The notes: generated from the sequence alone by a model not told the origin. DNA of 64,000 nucleotides from an uncultured Candidatus Saccharibacteria bacterium (GCA_964625065.1 CAZUZL010000005.1:2072-66071), one strand, 5' to 3'. Shown: positions 8,888 to 19,407, counted from the stretch's first letter. Program-made: numbers and translations.

Positions 8888-11800
8888 ATGACAAACGAAC
8901 CCTTCCAAAAGGCCTATAAAGCCCTAAATACAGCCCAGAAACAGGCTGTAGACGCCATAGACGGCCCAGTTATGGTTGTAGCAGGTCCAGGCACTGGCAA
9001 AACCCAGGTGCTGACTTTACGCATTGCTAACATACTTGAAAACACCGACACCGAGGCAAACGGTGTGTTGTGTCTAACTTTTACACGCTCAGGTGTGTCG
9101 GCTATGCAAGACCGTTTAGAGTCGTGCATTGGCCAGTTGGCACGCAGTGTTACCATAACTACTTTTCATAGTTTTGCTATTTCATTGATAGAAAAAAACT
9201 ACAGTTTGTTAGACTTCCACACCATGCCAACACTATTAGAAGACTCGCAAGCAGTGTTACTAGTAGACGAACTACTAGAAAACAATATGTGGACATACCT
9301 ACGCCCACGCACAGACCCAACAAAATATTTTAATGATTTAAAAAGTTTAATATCTGTATTAAAACGTGAAGGTATACAACCACAAAGTTTTTTAAATATT
9401 ATTGAATCTGAAATTAAACAATTAGAAACAGACCCAGACAATGTGTCTACTCGTGGTGTTACAAAAGGGTAATTGAAAAAGGAAATAGAAAAGAAAATAG
9501 AAAGTCTAAACCGTACACGCGAAGTAGTATTGTTCTACGAACAGTACGAAGAAATAAAACACGACCATAACCTAATGGACTACGACGACGTACTAACATA
9601 CGCAGTAGACCTAGTGGAACAGTTTGAAAATGTTCGTGCTGATGTACGCGAAAATTACCTTTATGTTTTAGTAGATGAACACCAAGATTCGTCTGGTATA
9701 CAAAACAGGTTTTTGAAGGCAGTGTGGGCTGAAGTAGAACAACCAAACATATTTGTAGTTGGCGACGACAGGCAACTAATATACGGTTTTTCAGGTGCAA
9801 ATATAGATTACTTTAACGAATTTAAAACTGCATTTGGTAAAGCACAAAAAATTGTGCTTACAGAAAACTACCGTTCTACTGCACCGATACTAAACCTGGC
9901 CGACGACCTTCTAAAAAGTTCTATAACTACAGAGGCGCTACATAGTAACAAAACAGGCACTGACAAAGTAAATTTGTCCGAATACAAATACAACCGCGAC
10001 GAAATAATAGGCGCCGGTTTATATTTTAAAAAATTAATCGAATCTGGAACAAAACCAAATGAATGTGCAATATTGTTACCTAAAAACAGACATGTCCGCC
10101 AAGCTGTAACAACACTACGTTCTATGGGTGTACCTGTTGTATCAGAACAAAGTGTGTCTTTGTTAAGTTTGCCACAAACTCAGTCACTGTTACGTGTGTT
10201 AGGTATACTAGTAAACCCATACAATGGTATTTTATTAAACGAAACGTTGCTGGACGCAACCAGTGGTATACCGGCTTTTGTTGCATATACTTTTATAAAA
10301 AATACTAAGAAGTCTGAAAACCTGACAATAGACGACATGGTAGAAAACAACAAACATACAGGTATGTTCGCTGGCGCCGACAGTGTTGCCATGTTTGGTA
10401 CTAAACTAAAAACTTGGGTAGACACAATGGCTGGCGAAAAAGTTTCGCACATAGTTAGTGTTGTTGGCAACGAACTACTTATAGACCAAGCTAAAAACCA
10501 TGAAGACCTTTTAAGTTCTATAGAAGTTGTGCGTAGTTTTATACATGCGTCATTAGCCTGGGAAGAAAAACCTGCCCGAATGACTCAGTCAGGCGGGAAT
10601 GTAACATTAGGTTTAAAAGACTTTCTAACTTATATACAAAGACTAACCACATATGGTAACCATATTGAAGTTGCTGCACTTGGTAAAGACGAAGGTGTAC
10701 ATGTAATGACACTGCATAAATCTAAGGGTTTAGAATACGACCATGTTTGGATAGGCCACATGAACGAAGAAATACTGATGGGTTCTAAACATACCGTATT
10801 TACATTACCTGAAAAAGTTAAACAAAGCATAGCTGAACGCGACACTATAACTGCAAAGCGCGAACTTTATGTTGCCATTACTCGTGCTAAACAGTATTGC
10901 ACTATTAGCTATGCCCAAATGCGCGACGACGGTGTAGAACTAAGCCAGGCAAACATAATTGCAGATTTACCCCAAGAACATTTTATACATACAAATGCAA
11001 CAGAAAACGAACAAACAATATTAGCAGAAAATGCACGTTTATATGCAGTAAAACCACAGACGCAAGAAGAAGTAGAACTGTTAGAACAAGTTAAAAACTT
11101 TGTACACGACAGGTTTGCCGAAACAAAAATATCTGTGTCTATGTTAAACAACTTTTTCGAATGCACATGGAAATGGTATTTTAGAAACTTTTTAAAACTA
11201 CCTGAAGTTAAAGGTGTTTCGTTGGCATTGGGTTCTGCTGTACACAACACCATAGAATTTATTTTAAAAGAAAAATCTTTACCTGCTGATATAGAAATTA
11301 AAAAATTCATAATGCAGTCTTTGCAAAAAGAAAATGTTACCGATGTAAAGGAAATAGCTAGACTGGGCAAAGTCGCACACAAAGCAGTAACAACTTGGGT
11401 AGAAGGCTACTACAGTACACTGTCTAAAGACCGAGAATCTGAACGTGCACTTAGTTACCGCGACAAAATGTTTCCAAACTTATCTATGTTCGGTAAAGTT
11501 GACCTTACAGAACGCACAGGTGCCGGTGTGGTTATAACAGACTTTAAAACAGGTAGTAGTAAAACATCTGGTGTAATAGAAAAATTGGATGACGAAGGTA
11601 GGCTGTCTTCATATATGCGCCAGTTGGCAATGTATGCATACCTAGTAGACAGAACAGAAGGTAACATGCCCGACCAACTAAGGTTACTGTTTCTAGAAGA
11701 AGATGCAAAAAACAAAAACAAACTTTACAGCACACACATTACCGGCGAACAAATAGATTTATTAATACGCGATATTTCCAACTACCAAACATGGCTAACA

Positions 11801-11899
11801 GACGGCACATGGGTAAACAGACCATGTAATGCAGTGTTATATGGTGGTGGTGTTTGCGAATACTGCGCCCGCATGGAACGCATAATGGGCAAACAGTAA
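8888..11899 (+). pseudogene. UvrD/PcrA-type helicase fused to C-terminal PD-(D/E)XK nuclease, interrupted by an in-frame TAA at 9470-9472
   Basis: AGPGTGKT, VLVDEHQD, VGDDRQLIYGF, MTLHKSKGLEY, LYVAITRA, GKVD..DFKTG; the two ORFs share a frame and are separated only by TAA. Confidence 0.85.
10571..10597 (+). repeat. 27-bp in-frame coding repeat element (PARMTQSGG)
   Basis: CCTGCCCGA-N12-GGCGGG. Confidence 0.8.
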
Positions 11900-11971
11900 A
11901 ACCCCTTGCAAGGTGCTAAACGTGCTATACTTAAAACGGCTTTATACATACGGTCAAAGGCTCAACTATTT

Positions 11972-12238
11972 ATGGAAACTCTATTAAAGGCCGACGTATT
12001 TTTCTTCATTACCAGCATATCGGTGGTGGTGTTAACTATTATTTTATCAATATTCTTGTATTACCTTATAAGTGCTATGAGGCACTTTCGAAAACTTGCA
12101 ATCCAAGTTGAAGAAAACTTAGGCAGTGCAAGTGCACAAGTAGAAGAAATGGTAGAACGCGTTTCAGATAGTTTTGTATTCTCTTTTTTATTTCCAAAGA
12201 AAAGAAAAAAACACGCTAAAGTTGTTTTGGAAAAATAA
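11972..12238 (+). CDS. Small membrane protein, hypothetical
   Basis: METLLKADVFFFITS + TM helix + coiled segment. Confidence 0.7.
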   Translation: METLLKADVFFFITSISVVVLTIILSIFLYYLISAMRHFRKLAIQVEENLGSASAQVEEMVERVSDSFVFSFLFPKKRKKHAKVVLEK

Positions 12239-12266
12239 GTTATAAAACCTAATCAGAAAATTAAAT

Positions 12267-12692
12267 ATGAAAAACAACACTGGAAAAGTTTTGGCCGTGG
12301 GTGCAGGTGTGGCAGCGTTGGCAGCAGTAGGGTACTTCTTCTTTGGGCCAAACGGGCAAAAGAATATTAAAAAGACAAAAGGTTGGATGATAAAATTCAA
12401 AGGCGATGTAGTAGACAAACTAGAAGACGCCAAGGAAGTTACTGAAGACAAATACCATTCTATAGTAGACTCTGTAGCTAGTGTTTATACAAAAAACAAT
12501 AAAGCAACAAAAGAAGAAGTTGCAGACCTAGTTAAAGACTTGAAAAAACATTGGAAAGCAATAGCAACAAACACCAAAGGTGCAGGTAAAGAAATAAAAA
12601 GTACAGCTAAAAAAGTTGTGTCTGCAACAAAAAACAATATTAAAAAGCTTGCCCGAAATTCACAGAAAGGCGGGGCCGTAAAAAACAAATAA
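12267..12692 (+). CDS. Lys-rich hypothetical protein with N-terminal membrane anchor (YtxH-like)
   Basis: GAGVAALAAVGYFFFGP then basic helical region. Confidence 0.7.
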   Translation: MKNNTGKVLAVGAGVAALAAVGYFFFGPNGQKNIKKTKGWMIKFKGDVVDKLEDAKEVTEDKYHSIVDSVASVYTKNNKATKEEVADLVKDLKKHWKAIATNTKGAGKEIKSTAKKVVSATKNNIKKLARNSQKGGAVKNK

Positions 12693-12696
12693 ATTT

Positions 12697-12849
12697 ATGA
12701 TAATAACTATTGCAATACTGCTGTTAATATTATGGTTTTTAGGTTTGGTAACTGCATATACATTAGGCGGGTTAATACATGTGTTGCTAGTGGTGGCAAT
12801 TGTGCTGTTAATAGTACGCCTTATACGTGGTGAAAAGCTTGTAGACTAA
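12697..12849 (+). CDS. lmo0937/DUF5670-family small membrane protein (not in ORF track)
   Basis: Translates MIITIAILLLILWFLGLVTAYTLGGLIHVLLVVAIVLLIVRLIRGEKLVD. Confidence 0.85.
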   Translation: MIITIAILLLILWFLGLVTAYTLGGLIHVLLVVAIVLLIVRLIRGEKLVD

Positions 12850-12926
12850 TAAAAAATACAGTTAAAAACACCATATTTTATGGTGTTTTTATATTTGAAA
12901 AATACGTAAAATGTGGTAATATAAAT

Positions 12927-13083
12927 TCGCCGTTGTAAACGAAGTTTTCATCGACATCGCTCGAAGTACCAAAATGCAAGCATTTTCCTACTTCTCGCTT
13001 GTCGCAGTAAGCGAACCTTGCACCGGCTTCGCTCGGAAGGAATGAATAAGTAAACTTTTCATTCTTCCTCGCTCGCCGTTGTA
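12927..13083. mobile_element. Structured 146-bp element bounded by 11-bp direct repeat of the tRNA-Thr 5' end
   Basis: TCGCCGTTGTA at 12927-12937 and 13073-13083; two hairpins inside. Confidence 0.6.
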
Positions 13084-13150
13084 GCTCAGTTGGTAGAGCA
13101 CGTCATTGGTAATGACGAGGTCACCGGTTCAATCCCGGTCAACGGCTCCA
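13075..13150 (+). tRNA. tRNA-Thr(GGT)
   Basis: GCCGTTG/CAACGGC acceptor, anticodon loop TTGGTAA, encoded CCA. Confidence 0.95.
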
Positions 13151-13153
13151 AAA

Positions 13154-13224
13154 GCCGATATAGTTCAGTGGCAGAACATTGCTTTCGTAAAGCACAAACG
13201 TGGGTCCGATTCCCGCTCTCGGCT
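13154..13224 (+). tRNA. tRNA-Thr(CGT), slightly atypical
   Basis: Anticodon loop TTCGTAA; one acceptor mismatch; T-loop GTCCGAT. Confidence 0.85.
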
Positions 13225-13233
13225 CAGAAAATT

Positions 13234-14124
13234 ATGAACCCTGAAGAAATTCAAAACCGCATAGACGAAATAGAAACCCAAATGGCCGGTGGGGATTTTT
13301 GGAATGATAAAAATACAGCCCAAGGTTTGATAAAGGAACTGGGTGAACTGAAAGATAAAAAAGACGGCTTGGGTAAATACGACCGCGGTGGGGCAGTGTT
13401 AACTATACTGTCCGGCGCAGGTGGCGACGATGCAGAGGATTTTTCTGCAATGCTACTGCATATGTACCAGAAATATTGTGATAGAAAAAACCTGTCTTAC
13501 AAAGTTACCGATGCAAATGAAAACACAAATGGTGGCTACCGGCATGTAACTATGGACATAACAGGCAATCCGCCAGCTGGCGGAGCATATGGTTTATTGA
13601 AGTATGAATCTGGTGTGCACCGTTTAGTGCGTCAGTCGCCGTTTAATGCAGATGCTAAACGGCAAACGTCTTTTTCTTTGGTGGAAATAATTCCTATTAT
13701 AGAAAAAACTTCTGCTATACAAATTGCACCATCTGATTTAAAAGTAGAACTTTCTAAGTCTGGTGGGCCCGGTGGCCAAAACGTAAACAAACGCGAAACC
13801 GCTGTACGCATAGTGCACATACCAACAGGCATTGCTGTGTCTGCATCTACCGAACGCAGTCAGGAACAAAACAAAGAACATGCAATGCAGTTGCTAATGG
13901 GTAAACTAATTAAAAAATCTGAAGACGAACATAAAAGCTTAGAAGAAAGTATGCAAATATCTAAAACCACAGATATAGAGTGGGGTAGTCAGATGCGTTC
14001 GTATGTACTACACCCGTACAAGATGGTCAAAGACCACCGCACAGGCTATGAAACCAGTGACGTATCTCTGGTTCTAGAAGACGGCAACATTGATGGTTTT
14101 ATAGAAGCAGAAAAATCGGCGTAA
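13234..14124 (+). CDS. prfB: Peptide chain release factor 2 (shortened N-terminal domain)
   Basis: ESGVHRLVRQSPF, GGPGGQNVNK, WGSQMRSYVLHPY; ATG at 13234 after the tRNAs. Confidence 0.93.
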   Translation: MNPEEIQNRIDEIETQMAGGDFWNDKNTAQGLIKELGELKDKKDGLGKYDRGGAVLTILSGAGGDDAEDFSAMLLHMYQKYCDRKNLSYKVTDANENTNGGYRHVTMDITGNPPAGGAYGLLKYESGVHRLVRQSPFNADAKRQTSFSLVEIIPIIEKTSAIQIAPSDLKVELSKSGGPGGQNVNKRETAVRIVHIPTGIAVSASTERSQEQNKEHAMQLLMGKLIKKSEDEHKSLEESMQISKTTDIEWGSQMRSYVLHPYKMVKDHRTGYETSDVSLVLEDGNIDGFIEAEKSA

Positions 14125-14141
14125 AATTTATGTTTCTAATT

Positions 14142-14184
14142 CAGCCCCTCTCCATTATTTATGGAGAGGGGTCGGGGGTGAGGT
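14142..14184. repeat. REP-like GC-rich hairpin element
   Basis: CCCCTCTCCAT...ATGGAGAGGGG followed by TCGGGGGTGAGG. Confidence 0.6.
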
Positions 14185-14226
14185 TTGTATTTTGTTATTC
14201 TCCTTCAATTTAGTATAATAGGGGGT

Positions 14227-14907
14227 ATGATTAGATTTGAAGCAGTTTCTAAAATTTATGAAAACGAAAGCCTTTCAATAGACCATGTGTCGTTTGAAAT
14301 AGCCCAAGGCGAATTCGTGGTTTTTGTCGGCCATTCGGGCGCAGGCAAAACAACATTAGCTAAACTGCTACTAGCTGAAGAACGCCCAACAGAAGGTGTT
14401 ATAACTTTCGAATCTATAGACATAAACACTTTAAAAAACCGCGACCTTACAAACTACCGCCGACGCATAGGTGTAGTTTTCCAAGACTTCCGCCTACTAC
14501 CAAACAAAACCGCATTTGAAAACATTGCCTTTGCCATGGAAGCTGTCGGTAAAAGCGACGAAGACATAACAACTGACGTACCACATGTATTAGAACTAGT
14601 AGACTTGAAGTCTAAAATGTTCCATTTTCCACACCAAATGTCTGGTGGAGAAAAACAAAGGTTAGCCATAGCCCGTGCCATTATAACCCAACCTGAAGTT
14701 GTAATAGCCGACGAACCAACAGGCAACCTAGACCCCACAAATGCCCGTGAAGTTATACAAATACTGAAGAAAATAAACGAACTAGGCACAACTGTGCTAC
14801 TAACTACCCATAACCGCGACATTGTCGACGGTCTAGGTAAACGCGTTATAACACTGGAACGTGGCGCCATAATACGCGACGAACAAAATGGCAAATATTC
14901 GCTTTAA
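14227..14907 (+). CDS. ftsE: Cell division ATP-binding protein FtsE
   Basis: GHSGAGKT, VFQDFRLL, SGGEKQR, IADEPTGNLD; upstream of ftsX. Confidence 0.93.
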   Translation: MIRFEAVSKIYENESLSIDHVSFEIAQGEFVVFVGHSGAGKTTLAKLLLAEERPTEGVITFESIDINTLKNRDLTNYRRRIGVVFQDFRLLPNKTAFENIAFAMEAVGKSDEDITTDVPHVLELVDLKSKMFHFPHQMSGGEKQRLAIARAIITQPEVVIADEPTGNLDPTNAREVIQILKKINELGTTVLLTTHNRDIVDGLGKRVITLERGAIIRDEQNGKYSL

Positions 14908-14923
14908 TTGATATAATTACAAT

Positions 14924-15844
14924 ATGTTTTGGACTAATCTAAGAAGAATAATGCGGGCAGGGTATACCAGTTTTAAACGTGGTGGTACTGTTACATTTGC
15001 ATCTATACTAACCCTGGTTATAACACTGTCGTTGATAAACTTTATTGTACTTATGAACGTGGCTGTAAACAGCACTGTGCAAATGGTTAAAAATAAAGTC
15101 GACGTTATAGTTTACTTTGTACCAAGTGCAGACGAAAAAAAGATTCTAACTTTACAAGAAAACATAAGTAAACTTACACAAGTTAAAAACGTTACATATG
15201 TGTCACGTGCAGACGCACTGGCCGAATTTGAAAAGAAACACGTTAACGACTACGTAGAACTACAGGCCCTAAACGAAACACCCGACAACCCTTTTGGTGC
15301 AGAACTTAAAATTGTAGCTTCATCAGTTGCAGACTACGACACTATATCTAGCTACCTTAAAAACGAAGTTATGCAAAAACAAGGTTACGACAACCTAGTA
15401 GAAAAAATAAACTATGCAGAAAACAAATTAGTTATAGACAAACTAAACCGTGTTATAGAAAACGCACGTGTTATAGCCGGTATACTATTAATTTTGTTTG
15501 CACTGGTTGCTATTGTTATAACACATAACACCGTTCGACTAACCATATACACTGCCCGCGAAGAAATAGCCGTTATGCGTCTAGTTGGTGGGTCTAGGTG
15601 GTATGTACGTGGTCCGTTTATTGTACAGGCCATAATCAGCAGTACTTTGGCCGCCGTTATAACCACTGTTTTGTTTATGCCTATTTTGTATTATTCTTCA
15701 GGTGTGGCAAACTTTTTTGGTGTAGACTTTTTTGCATACTATATACGCCACCTATATGTAGTGTTACCTATACTGCTAGGTAGTGGTATAGTTCTGGGTT
15801 TTATTTCGTCGCTTATTGCAACTAGAAAATACCTATCATTATAA
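14924..15844 (+). CDS. ftsX: Cell division permease FtsX
   Basis: NTVRLTIY..REEIAVMRLVGGS..YVRGPF. Confidence 0.93.
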   Translation: MFWTNLRRIMRAGYTSFKRGGTVTFASILTLVITLSLINFIVLMNVAVNSTVQMVKNKVDVIVYFVPSADEKKILTLQENISKLTQVKNVTYVSRADALAEFEKKHVNDYVELQALNETPDNPFGAELKIVASSVADYDTISSYLKNEVMQKQGYDNLVEKINYAENKLVIDKLNRVIENARVIAGILLILFALVAIVITHNTVRLTIYTAREEIAVMRLVGGSRWYVRGPFIVQAIISSTLAAVITTVLFMPILYYSSGVANFFGVDFFAYYIRHLYVVLPILLGSGIVLGFISSLIATRKYLSL

Positions 15845-15881
15845 TTATAAAATTTTATAAATTCGGAACATCAAATAATAT

Positions 15882-17642
15882 ATGAAAAACGAAAAGATAA
15901 AAGTTAAGAAAGATTTATCAGATTGTAAATATATTTTTGTTGTCGGCGGGGTTATATCAGGCGTGGGCAAGGGCATAGCCGCTTCGTCTATTGCTAAAAT
16001 ACTACAGGACCGTGGCCAGGTAGTTACCGCCATTAAAATAGACCCATATATAAACATAGACGCAGGTACCATGAACCCCACCGAACACGGCGAGGTTTTT
16101 GTGCTTACAGACGGCGACGAATGCGACCAGGACATGGGTAACTACGAACGTTTCCTTGGTCTAAGCTTAACCCGCACAAACTACATGACAACCGGCCGTG
16201 TATACCAGTCTGTTATAGAACGTGAACGTAACTTAGAATACGGTGGTGCATGTGTACAGGTTGTACCGCACATACCACTAGAAGTTATACGCCGTATAGA
16301 ACATGCCCGTGACGAAGCCAAGGCGAACGTAGTTGTTATAGAAATAGGCGGCACTATAGGCGAATACGAAAACATATTGTTTCTAGAAGCTGCCCGCATG
16401 TTAAAACTACGCCACCCGAAAAATGTTTTTGTGGCAGTAGTTTCGTACCTACCTATACCTAGTAAGGTTGGCGAAATGAAAACCAAACCAACCCAACACG
16501 CAGTGCGTACGCTAAACGCTTCTGGCATACAACCAGATTTAATAATTGCCCGCAGTCAAGTTCCACTAGATGCGAAACGCAAAGAAAAACTTTCTATGTT
16601 CTGTAACGTACCAGTAGACCGTGTTATATCTGCACCAGACGTAGATTCGGTTTACGACATACCAATGAACTTTGAAAAGGAAGGTCTAAGCGACATGATA
16701 TGCGACATAATGGGTATGACATGTTCCGTAGGCGAAACCCCACGTGCACGTGCATGGAAGTCTTTTGCTAAAAAAGTACACACAGTTAAAAAGGAAGTAA
16801 ACATTGCAGTTATAGGTAAATATTTTGGCACAGGCGACTTTGTTCTGTCAGACTCGTACCTGTCTGTTATAGAAGCTGTAAAATATTCTGCATATGCAAA
16901 CAATGTTAAACCAGTTTTAACTTGGATCAATTCATTAGACTTTGAAAATCCTGCCCGAATAACGAAGTCAGGCGGGAAAAAATTAAAACTAAAAGACTTA
17001 AAAAAATACGACGGTATACTAGTACCAGGTGGTTTCGGTTCACGTGGGGTAGAGGGTATTATTTCTACTATCGAATTTGCACGTACAAATAAAATTCCAT
17101 ACTTTGGTTTGTGTTATGGCATGCAACTTGCTGTTATAGAATACGCACGTAATGTATTAGGTTTGAAAGACGCGCATACTAGGGAAGTTAACCCTAAGTC
17201 TACAAATATGTTAATAGACATTATGGACAGCCAGCGCGACAATGTTGCCCACAGCAAGCTCGGCGGTAGTATGCGTCTAGGTTCGTACCCATGTGTTTTA
17301 TCTGCCGGCAGTATTGCACAAAAGGCATATTTTGGTACAACTAAAAAAGCCAAGGAAGCTAAAAACACTATTATCGAACGCCACCGCCACCGCTACGAAG
17401 TTAACCCTGCATATATAGAACGTTTACAACAAGCTGGTTTGAATTTCTCAGGTATGTCGCCAGACGGAACATTGTGTGAAATAGCCGAGTTGTCTAGAAC
17501 CAAACCTGCCCGACATGGAGGTTTTGGCGGGCACCCGTTTTTTGTTGGTGTACAATTCCACCCAGAATTTTTGGCACACCCACTGGCCCCACACCCACTA
17601 TTTTCTGAATTCATAAAATCTGTAATAAAGAATAAAAAATAG
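15882..17642 (+). CDS. pyrG: CTP synthase
   Basis: GGVISGVGKG, KIDPYINIDAGTMNP, GLCYGMQ, ERHRHRYE, QFHPE. Confidence 0.98.
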   Translation: MKNEKIKVKKDLSDCKYIFVVGGVISGVGKGIAASSIAKILQDRGQVVTAIKIDPYINIDAGTMNPTEHGEVFVLTDGDECDQDMGNYERFLGLSLTRTNYMTTGRVYQSVIERERNLEYGGACVQVVPHIPLEVIRRIEHARDEAKANVVVIEIGGTIGEYENILFLEAARMLKLRHPKNVFVAVVSYLPIPSKVGEMKTKPTQHAVRTLNASGIQPDLIIARSQVPLDAKRKEKLSMFCNVPVDRVISAPDVDSVYDIPMNFEKEGLSDMICDIMGMTCSVGETPRARAWKSFAKKVHTVKKEVNIAVIGKYFGTGDFVLSDSYLSVIEAVKYSAYANNVKPVLTWINSLDFENPARITKSGGKKLKLKDLKKYDGILVPGGFGSRGVEGIISTIEFARTNKIPYFGLCYGMQLAVIEYARNVLGLKDAHTREVNPKSTNMLIDIMDSQRDNVAHSKLGGSMRLGSYPCVLSAGSIAQKAYFGTTKKAKEAKNTIIERHRHRYEVNPAYIERLQQAGLNFSGMSPDGTLCEIAELSRTKPARHGGFGGHPFFVGVQFHPEFLAHPLAPHPLFSEFIKSVIKNKK

Positions 17643-17861
17643 GCCAACTGCTTGTATTTGTTGACTTTTTTGTGTTTTATGTTAGAATGCAACAAAAGCA
17701 CAAATAAATATGAGTTCAATAAAATTTAACAAAATCAACGAACCCTGAAAATATGGGAGGAATTTAACCTTTTAGCTGTCTTTTTAGAGCTTTGTCATAA
17801 AAATCTAAAAAGTAAACCTTTTAGTTCTGCGATAGGTTCGCAACTAGAAAATTCTAAATCT

Positions 17862-18944
17862 TTGCGTAGGCTGGTTAGGCCTATACCGTATTATAAAGTT
17901 TTACGTAAGATACTTGAAAATAAAGGGGTTTTTGACCCTAAAGAATACTTACCAAGTTTACCAACTTCTTTAAGAAGTAAGTTTTCTTGTGAAGCTGATA
18001 TTCTTTTTTCTGCTAATACACAAAAGCTTTTTTTGTTCCCATGGTTTTTAAGCCACTGGTTACGCCAGAAAAGAGTTTGCCATATCGACTGTTTGAACAA
18101 AATTCAACCAGTTGTGCCTACTAAAGAAAACTACTTACGTTTTCTACCATTCGACGACTTTTTACTGTCATTGCCAGAGCCGATTTGTGCTGCAAAGATT
18201 AAAGAAAATTTATTGCACCCGTTCAAGCTATTCTTTGTTCACAGAGAAGGCGATAGAATTTACTTGCTGGGCCTCAGAGAAGACATTGAATTGAATCTTA
18301 AAGAAATATCAGAATTCAATGAAGAAGATAATTCAAAAAAGATCAAAGAATTAAAGTATGGCGAAACTCGTTTTTCTAAAAAGTCTTTTGGTATTGATGA
18401 TTCAAATTTTATTTATGTAAACTGGATAGTTGACGTAACAACTGGTGAAAACATAGTTTGCAAAGATTTTGAGATGCAAAATATTTCCTGGGATGATGAA
18501 GAAAATTTTATCCGTAAAATGAAAGAAGAAAATGACGATAGTAGCTTAAATGTTGCCGGCATCGTTTTTTGGTTAAACGGTTTATGTAAACTTTTTGCCA
18601 CTTCTGCCAAGTCGGAATATGAATTTATTTCTAACCCGACCTCGTACAAACCAAAAGTTTCTAAAGGTAAACATGCTTGCCCTGTAGAACCAGAAATGGA
18701 ATGGTTTGAAGTTCCACACAGTACCACTGTTTATCTGACAATGGAGGAAAAAGAAAACGAAAGTCAGATGATTTCCAGAATCGGGTCTAGTAAAAAACCT
18801 CATCCTAGAAAAGAACACAAGCGTCGGTACCGCGATGCAAACGGTGAAATTGCCCGCATAATCGATATTGAAAAAGTTATGGTGCATAATTACAAGGAAA
18901 CCCCAGGTATGCAGTCTGAGGGGGCTGTAAGCAAGATCAAGTAA
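17862..18944 (+). CDS. Hypothetical protein (start uncertain; frame open from 17730)
   Basis: 360-aa ORF; basic C-terminal PHPRKEHKRRY motif; terminator at ~18966-18992. Confidence 0.65.
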   Translation: MRRLVRPIPYYKVLRKILENKGVFDPKEYLPSLPTSLRSKFSCEADILFSANTQKLFLFPWFLSHWLRQKRVCHIDCLNKIQPVVPTKENYLRFLPFDDFLLSLPEPICAAKIKENLLHPFKLFFVHREGDRIYLLGLREDIELNLKEISEFNEEDNSKKIKELKYGETRFSKKSFGIDDSNFIYVNWIVDVTTGENIVCKDFEMQNISWDDEENFIRKMKEENDDSSLNVAGIVFWLNGLCKLFATSAKSEYEFISNPTSYKPKVSKGKHACPVEPEMEWFEVPHSTTVYLTMEEKENESQMISRIGSSKKPHPRKEHKRRYRDANGEIARIIDIEKVMVHNYKETPGMQSEGAVSKIK

Positions 18945-19035
18945 AGCAATTCTAAATAAATTCCAAGAGAGTCACATGACTCTCTTTTTTTTGTGCCAAT
19001 TTTGAAAATGGTAAAAACAGGTCTATACTGTATAT

Positions 19036-19287
19036 ATGCAAAAACTTTGGTTTAAACGCAAAAAATATGGTTGGGGTTGGGTACCTGTAACATGGCATGG
19101 GTGGTTAGTAATTTTAATATATGTTGCCTGTATGGTTGGTGTAGCCACATTGTTAGATGGTGGTGTAGAAAAAGATTCAAACTTTTTGATACGTTTTATT
19201 GTACCTTTTGTATTTTTTACATCGATACTTATTGCCATCTGCTATAAGAAAGGTGAAAAGCCTAAGTGGACTTGGGGCGGGAAATAA
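19036..19287 (+). CDS. Small two-TM membrane protein
   Basis: WFKRKKYGWGWVPVTWHGW...KKGEKPKWTWG. Confidence 0.75.
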   Translation: MQKLWFKRKKYGWGWVPVTWHGWLVILIYVACMVGVATLLDGGVEKDSNFLIRFIVPFVFFTSILIAICYKKGEKPKWTWGGK

Positions 19288-19333
19288 AACAAAACTCCCG
19301 TAATGCGGGAGTTTTGTTTTTATAGATTCTTTG

Positions 19334-19404
19334 CTGCGAGGCTAGGACTCGAACCTAGATACACGGTTCCAGAAACCGTAGTCCTACCATTAGACGATCT
19401 CGCA
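19334..19404 (-). tRNA. tRNA-Gln(CTG)
   Basis: Reverse strand TGCGAGATCGTCTAATGGTAGGAC..., anticodon loop TTCTGGA, GTTCGAGTCC. Confidence 0.93.
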
Positions 19405-19407
19405 ATA

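Noticed and set aside
13090-13233. N-terminal extension of the prfB ORF in the track
   Set aside because: It overlaps two tRNA-Thr genes; real start is ATG 13234.
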